Below are positions 53,350-62,619 of a stretch of DNA of 64,000 nt, in pieces. Every line of letters begins with the position of its first letter. Position 1 is the stretch's first letter. Below the pieces are notes generated by a model. That model was not told the origin of the DNA, searched no databases, and was given only the letters and a program-made list of their open reading frames with translations. The stretch is from positions 2,976,001 through 3,040,000 of the forward strand of contig OZ241892.1 of assembly GCA_965203485.1 (NCBI GenBank). The letters are read 5' to 3'. The position numbers were made by a program, and so were the translations under genes. The DNA comes from Longimicrobiales bacterium. Lineage in GTDB: Bacteria > Gemmatimonadota > Gemmatimonadetes > Longimicrobiales > Gaopeijiaceae.

Positions 53350-56300
53350 TCAGCAACGGGCGGGCACGGGGCGGCCAAGCGCCCACGCGCGGGTCGCGAG
53401 GCGGGCGCCGATGAGCAGGACGCGCCCGTCCACGTCTCGGAATTGGTCGGGGAAGCGTTCCCGGATTCGGATGGCGAACGTGCAACGGTCGAGTCCCGGG
53501 TCCGCGAGCCAAGCCGCTGCTTGCCGCACCATTCGGTCGGCTCGGACGGCGTCGTCCGAAAGGGGCGAAGCGTCCTCCATGGCGGTTGGGGAGCCGCCGG
53601 CGCCGGGCGGGGCGCCGGACCGGGCGGATTCGCTCGTGCCCGCGGCGAGGCCCGCCAGAGCCCCGCGACTGCCAAGCGCGTAGAGCGCCAGCGCGGCGGG
53701 CAAGTCCTCGCGAGCGAAGAGACGGCCGCGGGAGCTGCGTGGCGCCGGGGCCGGGTCGCGCATGGCCGCTTCTTCGCGGTCCGGCGGCCGCCGGGTCGGG
53801 GTTGCGGCCGAGCCGAGCGCGGGGGTCGCGTCCACCACATCCTGGAGGATGCGGCGGAGCTGGCCCGGACTGCGCGAATCGTCGAAGGGCACCGCCGCGA
53901 GGAGCCGGACGGCCCGCTCGTCGGGGTCGTAGGGGCGCCCCTGGCCCAAGTTCTCGGGCCATGCGAGCGCCGCATCCAGGTGCGCCAACGCGGCGGATGC
54001 CGGCGCGACGGCATCCCCGGCGGGCGAGGCGGCGGCGCGCGCCAAGCAGGCGGCCTCGGTGACGTGAGCGGCGACGAAGAGCCTGTGGTTGTCGCGGGAG
54101 TTCTCCGACGGCAGCGCCTGCACCCGCTCCAGGATGCCGAGGGCTTCCCCGCCGCACGTGCCCGCCATGACCAGTGCGCGGGCGTGGAGCAGCTCCAGGT
54201 CGTAGTCGCCGGGAAACGCCTCCATGGCCGCCGCCGACATCCGCAGAGCGCGGTCCCATTCGCCCCGGCGCCCCGTCGCGCTCACCTCCCGGCCCGCGCC
54301 GCCCGTCTCGGCTCCCGCCGCCTCGGCGCGGGCGTGCTCGTGGCGGATCTGCGCGATCCGCAAGGGGCGAATGCCCGGAGCCGCCTCGACCGCGCGCGCC
54401 AAGTCCTCGGCCGGGTCGACGCCGTCGAACGCCTCCAGGAACAGTCCCCGCGTCGCGTACGCGGGCCCGTACCCGGGTTCGTCGCCCAGCGATTCGAAGG
54501 CGCGGGCGGCTTCCTCCTCTCGGTCCAGCGCCCAGAACTCCAGCGCCAGCAGGTAGCGCCACGTCCAGTGTCCGCGTCGCTCCGCCGCCCACCGCAGCAC
54601 GGGCAGCGTCTCGGGACGAAACGGGAAGGAGAAAGCCGGGTCGCCGGGCGCGTCCAGCAAGGAGGCGTCCTGCGCCAGGAATGCGCGCCAAGCCCGAATC
54701 ACCGGATTGGCGCCGAGTCGGTCCGCGAGCTCCACGAGCCGCAGCGCGTCGGCGACGAGGCCCAGCTCCGCGTGTCCCACCGCAAGCTCGAGAAGCGACT
54801 GAGCCGGATGCTCGCCGCGAAGCCCGTCGAGCAGCCTGCGTTCGGCGGCCGCGTCCCGGCCCGCCAAGTACTCCTCGGCCCGCGCGAAGTGGTGCAGCGG
54901 GTCGATTTCCGCAAGCTCGGCGCGCGCTCTCCCCGCCGCCCGGACGTCTCCCGTCCGCCGTCCGGCCACGGCCAAGACTTCCCACGCCGGTACGCTTCGC
55001 GCATCGAACTCCAGCGCCCGAGCGGCGTAGCGCTTCGCTTCCGCCCAGCGTCCGGCGGCGGCCACCACCCGCGCCAAGCGCGCGTAGGAAGCCGCCCGGT
55101 ACGCCATCGAGCGAGCCGACCAGCCGAACGCGTCGCGGGCGTCCGCCGTCCGGCCCAAGGCCGCGTGCAGGTTCCCCGCCAAGAAGTTCGCCTCGGCGTC
55201 GTACGCGTCCAGCTGGAGCGCGCGGCCTGCAAGCCGGAGGCCGTCCTCGTAGCGGGCGGACCGCAACGCCAGCTCGGCCATCCCCAGCAACGCGTCGCGG
55301 TTCCACGGCTCCGCCGCGAGCGCCCGCTCGAAGGCTCGGCGCGCATCCTTGTAGCGTCGGCCCTTCGCGAACTGCTCGCCCTCGAAAACGCGCCTGGCCG
55401 CTTCCGAGACGCCGCTCCACGCCGACGAGTCGGTCTCGAAGGGACGCGAGAGAGCGCGTGCCGCGGGATCGGAGTCGTACTCCAGCGCCAAGGCCGGCAA
55501 CCGCACCTCGAACGACTGGCCGGCCGGCACGGCGAAGTCGGCCTCGAAGGGCTCCAGCGCCGCCAAGCGAACCGGGACCGCGGCGATCCGCCGGCCGCCG
55601 GACCACGCCTGCAAGGTGTCGGCGCCGTCTCCGAACGCGTGAACCGCCACGTGCACGCGCACCGGGGAAACGGAGTCGTCCGGAGCCTCGCCCCCCTCCG
55701 CGCGCGCGTCCATCGCGCCGGGCGCCCGCCCGTCACGCCCGTGGACAGCACGGTCCGCCTCGCCCCCTTCCACGCGCACGTGCATCGCGCCCCTCGGCGA
55801 AGCGGCCGACAGTCCGCCCAGCCCCTGCACCGGGAACCAAGTCTCCGTCCAGGAACTCGACGAGACAGGATCGAATCCCGCCTGCGAGATCGGATTGACG
55901 TGGTCTCCCGGCGAATACTGGACGAACAGACGCCCCGCCTGGAACTCCACGTACTGCCCGTCCGAATCGGTCAGGAGCTCTTCCCAGACGCCGCCTTCCC
56001 GCGAAAGCGCCCAGAGCCACATCTTCCGGCCCGGCATGTCCTCGTGGCGGGCCCAGTGTCCCCAGCCCCAGTCTTCGGCGTGATAGTATCCCCCGAAGAA
56101 GTCGTTCAGCTCGCCCACGACGTGATAGGACTTGTGGCCGCCGAACGCATTGTTGCGGTACTGCGGGAGGAAGCGCCCGGCCTCGTCCTCCGGCCACGGA
56201 CGCTCGCGGCCCGAGTGCTCCAAGTACGACCGGCCCGGAACGAACAGCTCGAGGTCGTCGCGGGCGAAGGCGGCCGCCGTCATCCAGTTGTAGTAGGGCT

Positions 56301-57036
56301 GCTCCAGGGGCGTCGGATTGTGCCAGAACGCCCGCGTCGTGAACGCCGCCTGGTCGGCGGGAAGACGTATCTCGACGCGCCAGCGCGTGCGCGACGGCAG
56401 GTCCATGGCTCCAACGAAGACGCTCGCGCTGCCGTCGTCGTTGCTGCGCAACGCGTAGTCCACCGGCGTGGCGGTCGTGGGCGCGTGACCGATGACGCCG
56501 AAGTTGAACTCGATGCCTCCCGACGTCCACGGCCCGCGCAACGCGATGTTGCGGAACTTCACGACCTCGTTGCGGTAGACGAACTCGCGGCCCGTCTTCT
56601 TGACCACGGCGCCCCACACCTTGCCGCCGATCTCCGGTAGCACGAAGACCTGCACCAAGTCGTTCTCCAGGACGACGACCTTCCACTCGCGGGGCTCGGA
56701 CTCCACCGAGTAGCCCTCGAACAGGTGATAGGGATAGAGCCGGGGGTCCCGGACGAGGACGGGAACCGGGTTGGGATCGCTGAACGGGTAGGTCTCCAGC
56801 ACGCGGACCTCTTCGGACACCGCAGCCCGCTGAGACGCCTGCGCGGACGCGGTGCGCGGCTGAACCGGCCCGAGGACCAGAGCCGCCAGCAAGAGCGGCG
56901 CAGAACGACGGCGGCTCGAGCCGCGGCGGACGCAACGGCGCCGGCTTCGGTTGGCGCGGGGGCATCCCGAGCGCCCTCTTCGGCGCCGGGCCGGGGGCGG
57001 GCGCGTCGCGGTGCAGTCCTCGGCGAGCGATCTCAT
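53350..57036 (-). CDS. DUF5107-like N-terminal domain plus TPR repeats, probably secreted; start uncertain
   Basis: YPFSDPNP, LENDLV.V.VLPEIGGK, RGPWTSGGIEFNF, YVEFQAGR; helical TPR-like C-terminal half. Confidence 0.8.
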   Translation of the reverse strand: MRSLAEDCTATRPPPARRRRGRSGCPRANRSRRRCVRRGSSRRRSAPLLLAALVLGPVQPRTASAQASQRAAVSEEVRVLETYPFSDPNPVPVLVRDPRLYPYHLFEGYSVESEPREWKVVVLENDLVQVFVLPEIGGKVWGAVVKKTGREFVYRNEVVKFRNIALRGPWTSGGIEFNFGVIGHAPTTATPVDYALRSNDDGSASVFVGAMDLPSRTRWRVEIRLPADQAAFTTRAFWHNPTPLEQPYYNWMTAAAFARDDLELFVPGRSYLEHSGRERPWPEDEAGRFLPQYRNNAFGGHKSYHVVGELNDFFGGYYHAEDWGWGHWARHEDMPGRKMWLWALSREGGVWEELLTDSDGQYVEFQAGRLFVQYSPGDHVNPISQAGFDPVSSSSWTETWFPVQGLGGLSAASPRGAMHVRVEGGEADRAVHGRDGRAPGAMDARAEGGEAPDDSVSPVRVHVAVHAFGDGADTLQAWSGGRRIAAVPVRLAALEPFEADFAVPAGQSFEVRLPALALEYDSDPAARALSRPFETDSSAWSGVSEAARRVFEGEQFAKGRRYKDARRAFERALAAEPWNRDALLGMAELALRSARYEDGLRLAGRALQLDAYDAEANFLAGNLHAALGRTADARDAFGWSARSMAYRAASYARLARVVAAAGRWAEAKRYAARALEFDARSVPAWEVLAVAGRRTGDVRAAGRARAELAEIDPLHHFARAEEYLAGRDAAAERRLLDGLRGEHPAQSLLELAVGHAELGLVADALRLVELADRLGANPVIRAWRAFLAQDASLLDAPGDPAFSFPFRPETLPVLRWAAERRGHWTWRYLLALEFWALDREEEAARAFESLGDEPGYGPAYATRGLFLEAFDGVDPAEDLARAVEAAPGIRPLRIAQIRHEHARAEAAGAETGGAGREVSATGRRGEWDRALRMSAAAMEAFPGDYDLELLHARALVMAGTCGGEALGILERVQALPSENSRDNHRLFVAAHVTEAACLARAAASPAGDAVAPASAALAHLDAALAWPENLGQGRPYDPDERAVRLLAAVPFDDSRSPGQLRRILQDVVDATPALGSAATPTRRPPDREEAAMRDPAPAPRSSRGRLFAREDLPAALALYALGSRGALAGLAAGTSESARSGAPPGAGGSPTAMEDASPLSDDAVRADRMVRQAAAWLADPGLDRCTFAIRIRERFPDQFRDVDGRVLLIGARLATRAWALGRPVPARC

Positions 57037-57330
57037 GCGGACGAGCCTAGCCGAGTGTCCGGCGGCCTAGCAAGGCCGGAGGGGCGCACCGTCGTCGTGT
57101 CCAGCGTCAGGGGGCCAGCCGCGCGGTGGCGAGTCTTCCGCAACGGCGACGAGGTGACGACACCGCCGGGGAACTCGCGTTAGCGGGCGAGCCGCGCGGT
57201 GGCGAATCCTTCCTGCTGGACGAACCGCGCTTGCGCTTCTAGCATTCACCGTCGCGCAAGCCACGGTCGCGAAGCCCGATTCGCGCCACCGACGACATCC
57301 AAGCCGTCTCAACCTAGGAGCGTTCCCGAC

Positions 57331-58563
57331 ATGCGTCGTTTGCCGGACATTCGACTTTCCCCGCCGGACTCCCGCCGAACCTGCAGCGCCGCGCGGGCCC
57401 CCCGTCGCGCACTGGGCGTCTCCGCCGGACTGGCCGCCGCGGTCGGCGCATCGCCCGCTTGCGCCCAAGTCTCGCCCGGCGACGTCGTGGCGACCAAGCA
57501 CCACGACTACCGAATCGTCACGGTGGCCGACGGGTTCGTCCATCCGTGGTCCATCGCCTTCCTGCCCGGGGGCGACATGCTGGTGACGGAGCGGGACGGC
57601 CGCCTGCGCATCGTCCGCGACGGCCGCCTGCTGCCCGACCCCGTGGCCGGCGTTCCCGAAGTCTTGGCACGCGGCCAAGGCGGCCTCCTGGAGGCGCTTC
57701 CGCACCCGGACTTCGCTTCGAACCGGCTCCTCTACATCAGCTATTCCAAGCCCTTGGCCGAAGAGGACGGCGCGACCACGGCCGTTGTGCGCGGCACGTT
57801 CGAGGACGACCGCTTCACGCTTGCGGACGAGATCTTCGAGGCCGTCTCGCGAGGCGCCGGCCACTACGGCTGCAAGCTGGCCTTCGACGAGCAGGGCCGC
57901 CTCTTCCTCACCGTGGGCGACCGCCAAGTCCCGCCCAGAGGCGACTTGGCCGCCCACCCGGCCCAGGACCCGTCCAACCACCACGGAGTCGTGGTCCGCC
58001 TGAACGACGACGGGCGGGTTCCGTCCGACAACCCGTTCGCGGGACGCGACGACGCCCGCCACGACATCTGGAGCTACGGCCACCGCAATCCGCAGGGCCT
58101 CGCCATCCACCCCGAGACCGGCGCCGTCTGGCTCACCGAGCACGGCCCCCAAGGCGGCGACGAAGTCAACGTCGCCGCGCCCGGCGCCAACTACGGCTGG
58201 CCCGTCATCGGCTACGGCGTCAACTACCGCAGCGGCGCCGCCATCCACGCCTCCACCCACGCCGAGGGCATGGAGCAGCCCGTCCACATCTGGGTGCCCT
58301 CCATAGGCGCCTCCGGCCTCCTCTTCTACACCGGCGACCAGTTCCCCGAATGGCGCGGCGACCTGCTCGCGGGCGGCCTCTCCGGCCAGCGCATCGACCG
58401 CCTGACCGTCGAAGGCGACCGCGTCGTCGCTTCGGAGACCATCCTCCAAGGCCTGGGCCGCGTCCGCGACGTCCGCCAGGGACCGGACGGCCTCATCTAC
58501 GTGGCAATCGACTCCCGCCAAGGCGAGCAGACGCCGGTCGTGAGGCTGGAGCCGGCGGGGTAG
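57331..58563 (+). CDS. PQQ-dependent glucose/sorbosone (aldose sugar) dehydrogenase
   Basis: HPWSIAFLP, GQGGLL, YGHRNPQG, EHGPQGGDEVN, NYGWP, RVRDVRQGPDG. Confidence 0.92.
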   Translation: MRRLPDIRLSPPDSRRTCSAARAPRRALGVSAGLAAAVGASPACAQVSPGDVVATKHHDYRIVTVADGFVHPWSIAFLPGGDMLVTERDGRLRIVRDGRLLPDPVAGVPEVLARGQGGLLEALPHPDFASNRLLYISYSKPLAEEDGATTAVVRGTFEDDRFTLADEIFEAVSRGAGHYGCKLAFDEQGRLFLTVGDRQVPPRGDLAAHPAQDPSNHHGVVVRLNDDGRVPSDNPFAGRDDARHDIWSYGHRNPQGLAIHPETGAVWLTEHGPQGGDEVNVAAPGANYGWPVIGYGVNYRSGAAIHASTHAEGMEQPVHIWVPSIGASGLLFYTGDQFPEWRGDLLAGGLSGQRIDRLTVEGDRVVASETILQGLGRVRDVRQGPDGLIYVAIDSRQGEQTPVVRLEPAG

Positions 58564-58569
58564 CCGAGG

Positions 58570-58707
58570 TCAACGAAACCACCCGGACAAGCACAGATGG
58601 ACGACGTCGTCCTGCTCGTTCCCGGCGGCATCCGTGATGGGAATCGTCCAGTAGAAACGATAACGGCTTGTTGTTGATCCATGTCGAGGATCATCGCTCA
58701 TACTCAT
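58570..58707 (-). pseudogene. 45-aa orphan fragment paralogous to the C-terminus of the upstream interrupted gene
   Basis: MSMSDD...DAAGNEQDDVVHLCLSGWFR vs ...GPVEGEQGGTVHLCLQSVP; shared DNA CAAGCACAGATG at ~58588 and ~58749; ATG overlaps the upstream TGA. Confidence 0.45.
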
Positions 58708-59178
58708 CAGTATATGGCCCCAGGCTCCGGTTCGGCGGGCACTGATTGCAAGCACAGATGAACCGTGCCACCCTGTTCACCTTCCACTGGCCCTGCGACG
58801 AATAATGTCTTGTAGCCAGAAACGCAATCGACAAACCAAAACGGATAATCCTCTTCTGAGGACCGGAGGTCGATCCCGAGAAACCAGTTGTGGGCCGGGT
58901 CCAACATCCAGGAGATCGATCCGTCGGCGACACGGCGCCCATCGTTGATTATCCGAACGAACACTTGCTGATTGCCGTGTTTTGGCACGCTTGTCGATAC
59001 TGCCCAGCGCGTGTCGTTGGCGATCATCGCGAAATCTTCGGGTCGAAACGTATGCCCGTCGATTTCGACCTCCAATCCAGCAAGATCGAGCGAATATGGT
59101 CGGCATTCCAGTTCGAAGGTTCTCTTGCCTTCTCGGAAACGGTATGAGGACTCGCTACCGAGAAGTGAGCTCTGTGTA

Positions 59179-60035
59179 GAGCCTATCTCAAAAAGCGTGA
59201 TGGGTTGCGATGGGCCGGGGAGTTGTTTATCTTTGAGGCATGACGACGGTGAAGCTGAGCGACGAGCAGTGGGAGCGGATTCGCCACCACTTTCCCGAGG
59301 AAGCGCAAAAGGGGAAGCGGCTGGGGCGGCCGCCGGTGCCCGCCCGGCGCGTGTTCGAGGCAGCGCTGTGGATTCTGCACACGGGCGCCCAGTGGAGCTT
59401 TCTGCCGCAACACTATCCGAACTACAAGACCGTGCACCGGAGGTTCCAGACTTGGGTCCGGACGGGCGTGCTCGAACGGGTGCTGAGGGACTTGGCGGGG
59501 GAAGCGAGGCAACGGGGTCTCTTCGACGGCACGGAGGCATACGTGGACGCGTCGTTCGCGCGGGCGAAGGGAGGCGGGGCGGGCGTGGGAAACACCAAGG
59601 CGGGCAAGGGCGTGAAGATCATGGCGGTCGTGGACCGTTGCGGTCTTCCGCTGTCGTTGAGCACGCATCCTGCGAATCCTCACGAGGCGACGCTCGTCCA
59701 GTTGTCGCTGGACTTGGCGTTCACGGACGACACGCCGGCAAACTTGATCGGCGACAAGGCGTACGACAGCGACCCGCTGGACGCGGCCTTGCGTGCGCGA
59801 GGCATCGAGATGATCGCGCCGCACCGGCGCAATCGAACGCGGCCGCGGACGCAGGACGGTCGTCGGCTTCGGCGGGCGAAGCGACGATGGATTGTCGAGC
59901 GGTTCTTCGGGTGGATGCAGTGGAAGCGCCGGCTGTTGGTCCGTTGGGAATATCATCCCGAGAACTTCCTGGCGTTCGTCCAACTGTCCGCCATCTGCAT
60001 CTTCTTCAGCCATCTCGGCTTTTTGAGATAGGTTC
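59179..60035 (+). mobile_element. IS5-family insertion sequence (IS427-like), 857 bp, 18-bp TIRs, TA target duplication
   Basis: Left TA|GAGCCTATCTCAAAAAGC; right GCTTTTTGAGATAGGTTC|TA (1 mismatch); empty site is the palindrome TGTACA. Confidence 0.9.
59240..60031 (+). CDS. IS5-family transposase (single ORF)
   Basis: LSDEQW, WILHTGAQW..LP, TVHRRFQ.W, VDASF, GDKAYDS, RWIVERFFGW...RRL..RWE. Confidence 0.93.
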   Translation: MTTVKLSDEQWERIRHHFPEEAQKGKRLGRPPVPARRVFEAALWILHTGAQWSFLPQHYPNYKTVHRRFQTWVRTGVLERVLRDLAGEARQRGLFDGTEAYVDASFARAKGGGAGVGNTKAGKGVKIMAVVDRCGLPLSLSTHPANPHEATLVQLSLDLAFTDDTPANLIGDKAYDSDPLDAALRARGIEMIAPHRRNRTRPRTQDGRRLRRAKRRWIVERFFGWMQWKRRLLVRWEYHPENFLAFVQLSAICIFFSHLGFLR

Positions 60036-60615
60036 TACAGAAGAATTGACTATGTTTTCCAAGCACCAGATGAAGTCCGTGACGTTTTCGCGAGCGCGCC
60101 ATACATAGTTTCCTCTAAACGTGCGATAGCGAACGCGACATGTCCTGAAGACCTCGATGACATACGTCGAAGAATACGTCGTGCGGTCCAACATACGCCA
60201 TCCCCGCCATCGTCGGCAACACGAGTTGGACCGATCCGCTCGATATGGCCTCGACGGCGGTCGCTTCCAGCTCGAGGACCACGGCCAAATGCGGCGCCAG
60301 GGCTCTCACGACCTTTATCGCCAAGTCGAGCCTTGGCACGAAGTTGTTCCAGTAGACTCAAGGCCAAGGTCCGTCGATGGGCGGGCGCATGCCCCGTGGT
60401 CCCTCTCGGGACGGACCGCGCTCTTGCGCGAGTCACGATTGCGATTCTCATTTTGAAGGGCGCCGCAACGGGACGGCCTCCCGCGAGCTGGTCGCCGGCG
60501 GCAAGGGGGGAACGGCGGCGCACGACCGGCGTCCCCTGCTTCGACGCGCGCGCTCGGACTTGGTTGGCGTCCGCCGGCGGATCTGGCGTGGGTCAGCACG
60601 CATGCCGTTGCGGCG

Positions 60616-61005
60616 TCAGCGCACCACCCTGACGGTCACGCCCCGGATCTTCAGCTCCGCCCATGCGCGGTCGGCGGTCACGGCGGGAACGCGCAACCGG
60701 CGGGCCGTCGCGAGACACGCGAGGGCGCCGAGAGAAGGGTCCAGGCGCTTCGTCTTGGGCAGGTAGGCGTCGGCGCGCAGGGCCGTCTCGGCGTCGAAGG
60801 GAACGATCTCGATGTCGAGTTCCGTGAACACGTCGGCGACCTCGCCCGCGGTCCAGCCGTCCGCGCGGAGACGGCCGGCGACTTCGGCCACGTTGACCGA
60901 GGACATGGCCGCGCCGTGGCCGAGCGCCTCTTCGACGAGTTCCGCGCCCGGCTCGTCGAAGACGGCCGCCAAGAGGGCCGAAGCGTCCAAGAGAACCCGG
61001 CGCAT
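60616..61005 (-). CDS. vapC: PIN-domain toxin (VapC family)
   Basis: VLLDASALLA...EPG, SSVNVAEV, SLG..ACLA, VTADRAW. Confidence 0.88.
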   Translation of the reverse strand: MRRVLLDASALLAAVFDEPGAELVEEALGHGAAMSSVNVAEVAGRLRADGWTAGEVADVFTELDIEIVPFDAETALRADAYLPKTKRLDPSLGALACLATARRLRVPAVTADRAWAELKIRGVTVRVVR

Positions 61006-61011
61006 GACCCG

Positions 61012-61308
61012 TCAGCCGGCCCGGCGTTCGGCAATGAAGGCGTCCACGACGTCGCCGCCGTCTCGCCGTCGGCGTCGCGCGATGGCGCGGAGGCGCTCGA
61101 GCGCGGCCTCCACCGTCCTCAGCCGAACGGCGTCTCCTTCCAAGCTGGCGACCAGCTCCGTCCGCCCCCGTATGCCCAACGCCTTGCGGAAGCGCGCCGG
61201 CAAGACCACGCGGCCCGCCTCGTCAATGGCGACGTGCTCCGTGTCCGCCAAGCGGCCCGGGCGGCGGTTGGGCGGCGGCGAAACGGCATTTTCGCGCGTT
61301 TCTTCCAT
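61012..61308 (-). CDS. AbrB/MazE/SpoVT-family antitoxin
   Basis: IDEAGRVVLPARFRKALGI; C-terminal VVDAFIAERR; 6 bp upstream of the PIN gene. Confidence 0.85.
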   Translation of the reverse strand: MEETRENAVSPPPNRRPGRLADTEHVAIDEAGRVVLPARFRKALGIRGRTELVASLEGDAVRLRTVEAALERLRAIARRRRRDGGDVVDAFIAERRAG

Positions 61309-61312
61309 GATC

Positions 61313-61402
61313 GCGGCTTTCTGGTAGATGCGGCCGTTCTGGTAGGTGCGGCCGCTTATGGCAGGAACCGGCGCTTATGGCATGACCATCGACTTCTGCC
61401 AT
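61313..61402. promoter_or_regulatory. Direct repeats and an inverted repeat upstream of the TA operon (candidate operator)
   Basis: GCGGCTTTCTGGTAGAT / GCGGCCGTTCTGGTAGGT / GCGGCCGCTTATGGCA / GGCGCTTATGGCA; ATGGCA-N14-TGCCAT at ~61377-61402. Confidence 0.4.
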
Positions 61403-61569
61403 GAACGGCTCGGCGTACCATATGGCCGCGTCGTGGCCGGCGGCAAGGGGACGGCCCGTTCGCGCTCCACGCCGGCGTAGACGCGGAATCGCGCGGGCGC
61501 GCAAACACGTGGAGGACCCAGGCCGAGTCCTTGCCGGACGCCAGGAGACGAGAACTGAACGGGCACGCG

Positions 61570-62619
61570 CTAGCGACGCCCCGACAGCTGGCCCGATTCC
61601 CTCACACTGGATTCAGAGAGCTCGTCCGCCACTCGCCGCGCGAGCTTGTCCGCCAGAGCTCGAAAGTCTCGCCGAGCATCGATCACCGCTGCCGCGTGGC
61701 TGCCGATGGCACCGTCGGCAGGCTTCAGATGAAAGATGGGCTTCCGCGCCTCCTGCGCCAGCGGCACGAGGCTGCGGAAGTGCTTGATCGTGGCCAGGCA
61801 ACGAGGGTCCTCTCGGGGCATCTCGGGAAAGGCGCCCGACTCGGCGCCCAGCAGGCTGCGTGCATACTCCTGGGGCATGCGGTTGACCCATTGGTCGTAG
61901 GCCTTCACTGGACGGCGAAGCCTCACGCCGTGCTGCTGCACTACGTACCCGATCGGCGCCATTCCACCGCGAGGCAATTCAAAATCGGCATCTTGCCAAT
62001 GGTCTCGTCGCCTCTCCCAGCTCCCCCGCCATTCTCGCAACGTGGGCCCAAGGTTGCGCAACCCTTGAAGCGAAAACAAGTCGGCGCCCAACGGCACCAC
62101 GATGAAGTCGCTCGCGATCAGCGCCGATCGATTGATGGCGCCCAGGTTCGGACCTACATCAGCCAAGACGATAGTCGCGTCCATCTCGGTTGCCCCGCGT
62201 TGCATCACCGTCGAGAACGCCGTCAGCACCCGAAAGGGCCTGTAGGGGTTGGCGTCCAGCGCCTTGGGCCATACTTCAGAAAGCGTGTCTTCGAAACCAG
62301 CAAGCGCCAAGCTTCCGGGCACGATGCTCAGCTCGGGCGACACCTCGCGAAGCTGCGGAGGCAGCACGTCTGCAACCTTCATGAGAGGCCGTACGCACTG
62401 CATGATCGTGCGGCCTCTGTCGCTGGCGCCGTTGTCGTTCCAAAGGTCTGCCAGCTCGTCTTCGCCGAGGAAAGCTGCCGTCAAGTTCGCCTGGGGATCC
62501 AGGTCGCACGCAAGCACGCGATGACCGTTCTCCGACAGCATCCATGCAAGGTGATAGACAAGAGAGGTCTTGCCCACGCCGCCCTTGTTGTTGAAGAACG
62601 TCAACACGGGCGTGCTCAT
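61570..62619 (-). CDS. ParA/Soj-like ATPase (long, orphan type)
   Basis: FFNNKGGVGKTS deviant Walker A, DLDPQANLT, DVGPNLGAINR, DLFSLQGL. Confidence 0.9.
   Translation of the reverse strand: MSTPVLTFFNNKGGVGKTSLVYHLAWMLSENGHRVLACDLDPQANLTAAFLGEDELADLWNDNGASDRGRTIMQCVRPLMKVADVLPPQLREVSPELSIVPGSLALAGFEDTLSEVWPKALDANPYRPFRVLTAFSTVMQRGATEMDATIVLADVGPNLGAINRSALIASDFIVVPLGADLFSLQGLRNLGPTLREWRGSWERRRDHWQDADFELPRGGMAPIGYVVQQHGVRLRRPVKAYDQWVNRMPQEYARSLLGAESGAFPEMPREDPRCLATIKHFRSLVPLAQEARKPIFHLKPADGAIGSHAAAVIDARRDFRALADKLARRVADELSESSVRESGQLSGRR

Larger units (their letters stand above)
58707..60102 (-). pseudogene. Hypothetical gene (~178 aa when reconstituted) interrupted by the IS5-family element
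   Basis: Removing the IS and one TA gives MARSRKRHGLHLVLGKHSQFFC-TQSSLLGSESSYRF...EPGAIY; AGAGGA lies 8 nt before ATG 60102; lower GC than the core genes. Confidence 0.55.

Noticed and set aside
60115..60456. Short ORFs between the IS5 region and vapC
   Set aside because: No motif or clear RBS; the minus-strand 74-aa frame could be a gene remnant but cannot be supported.
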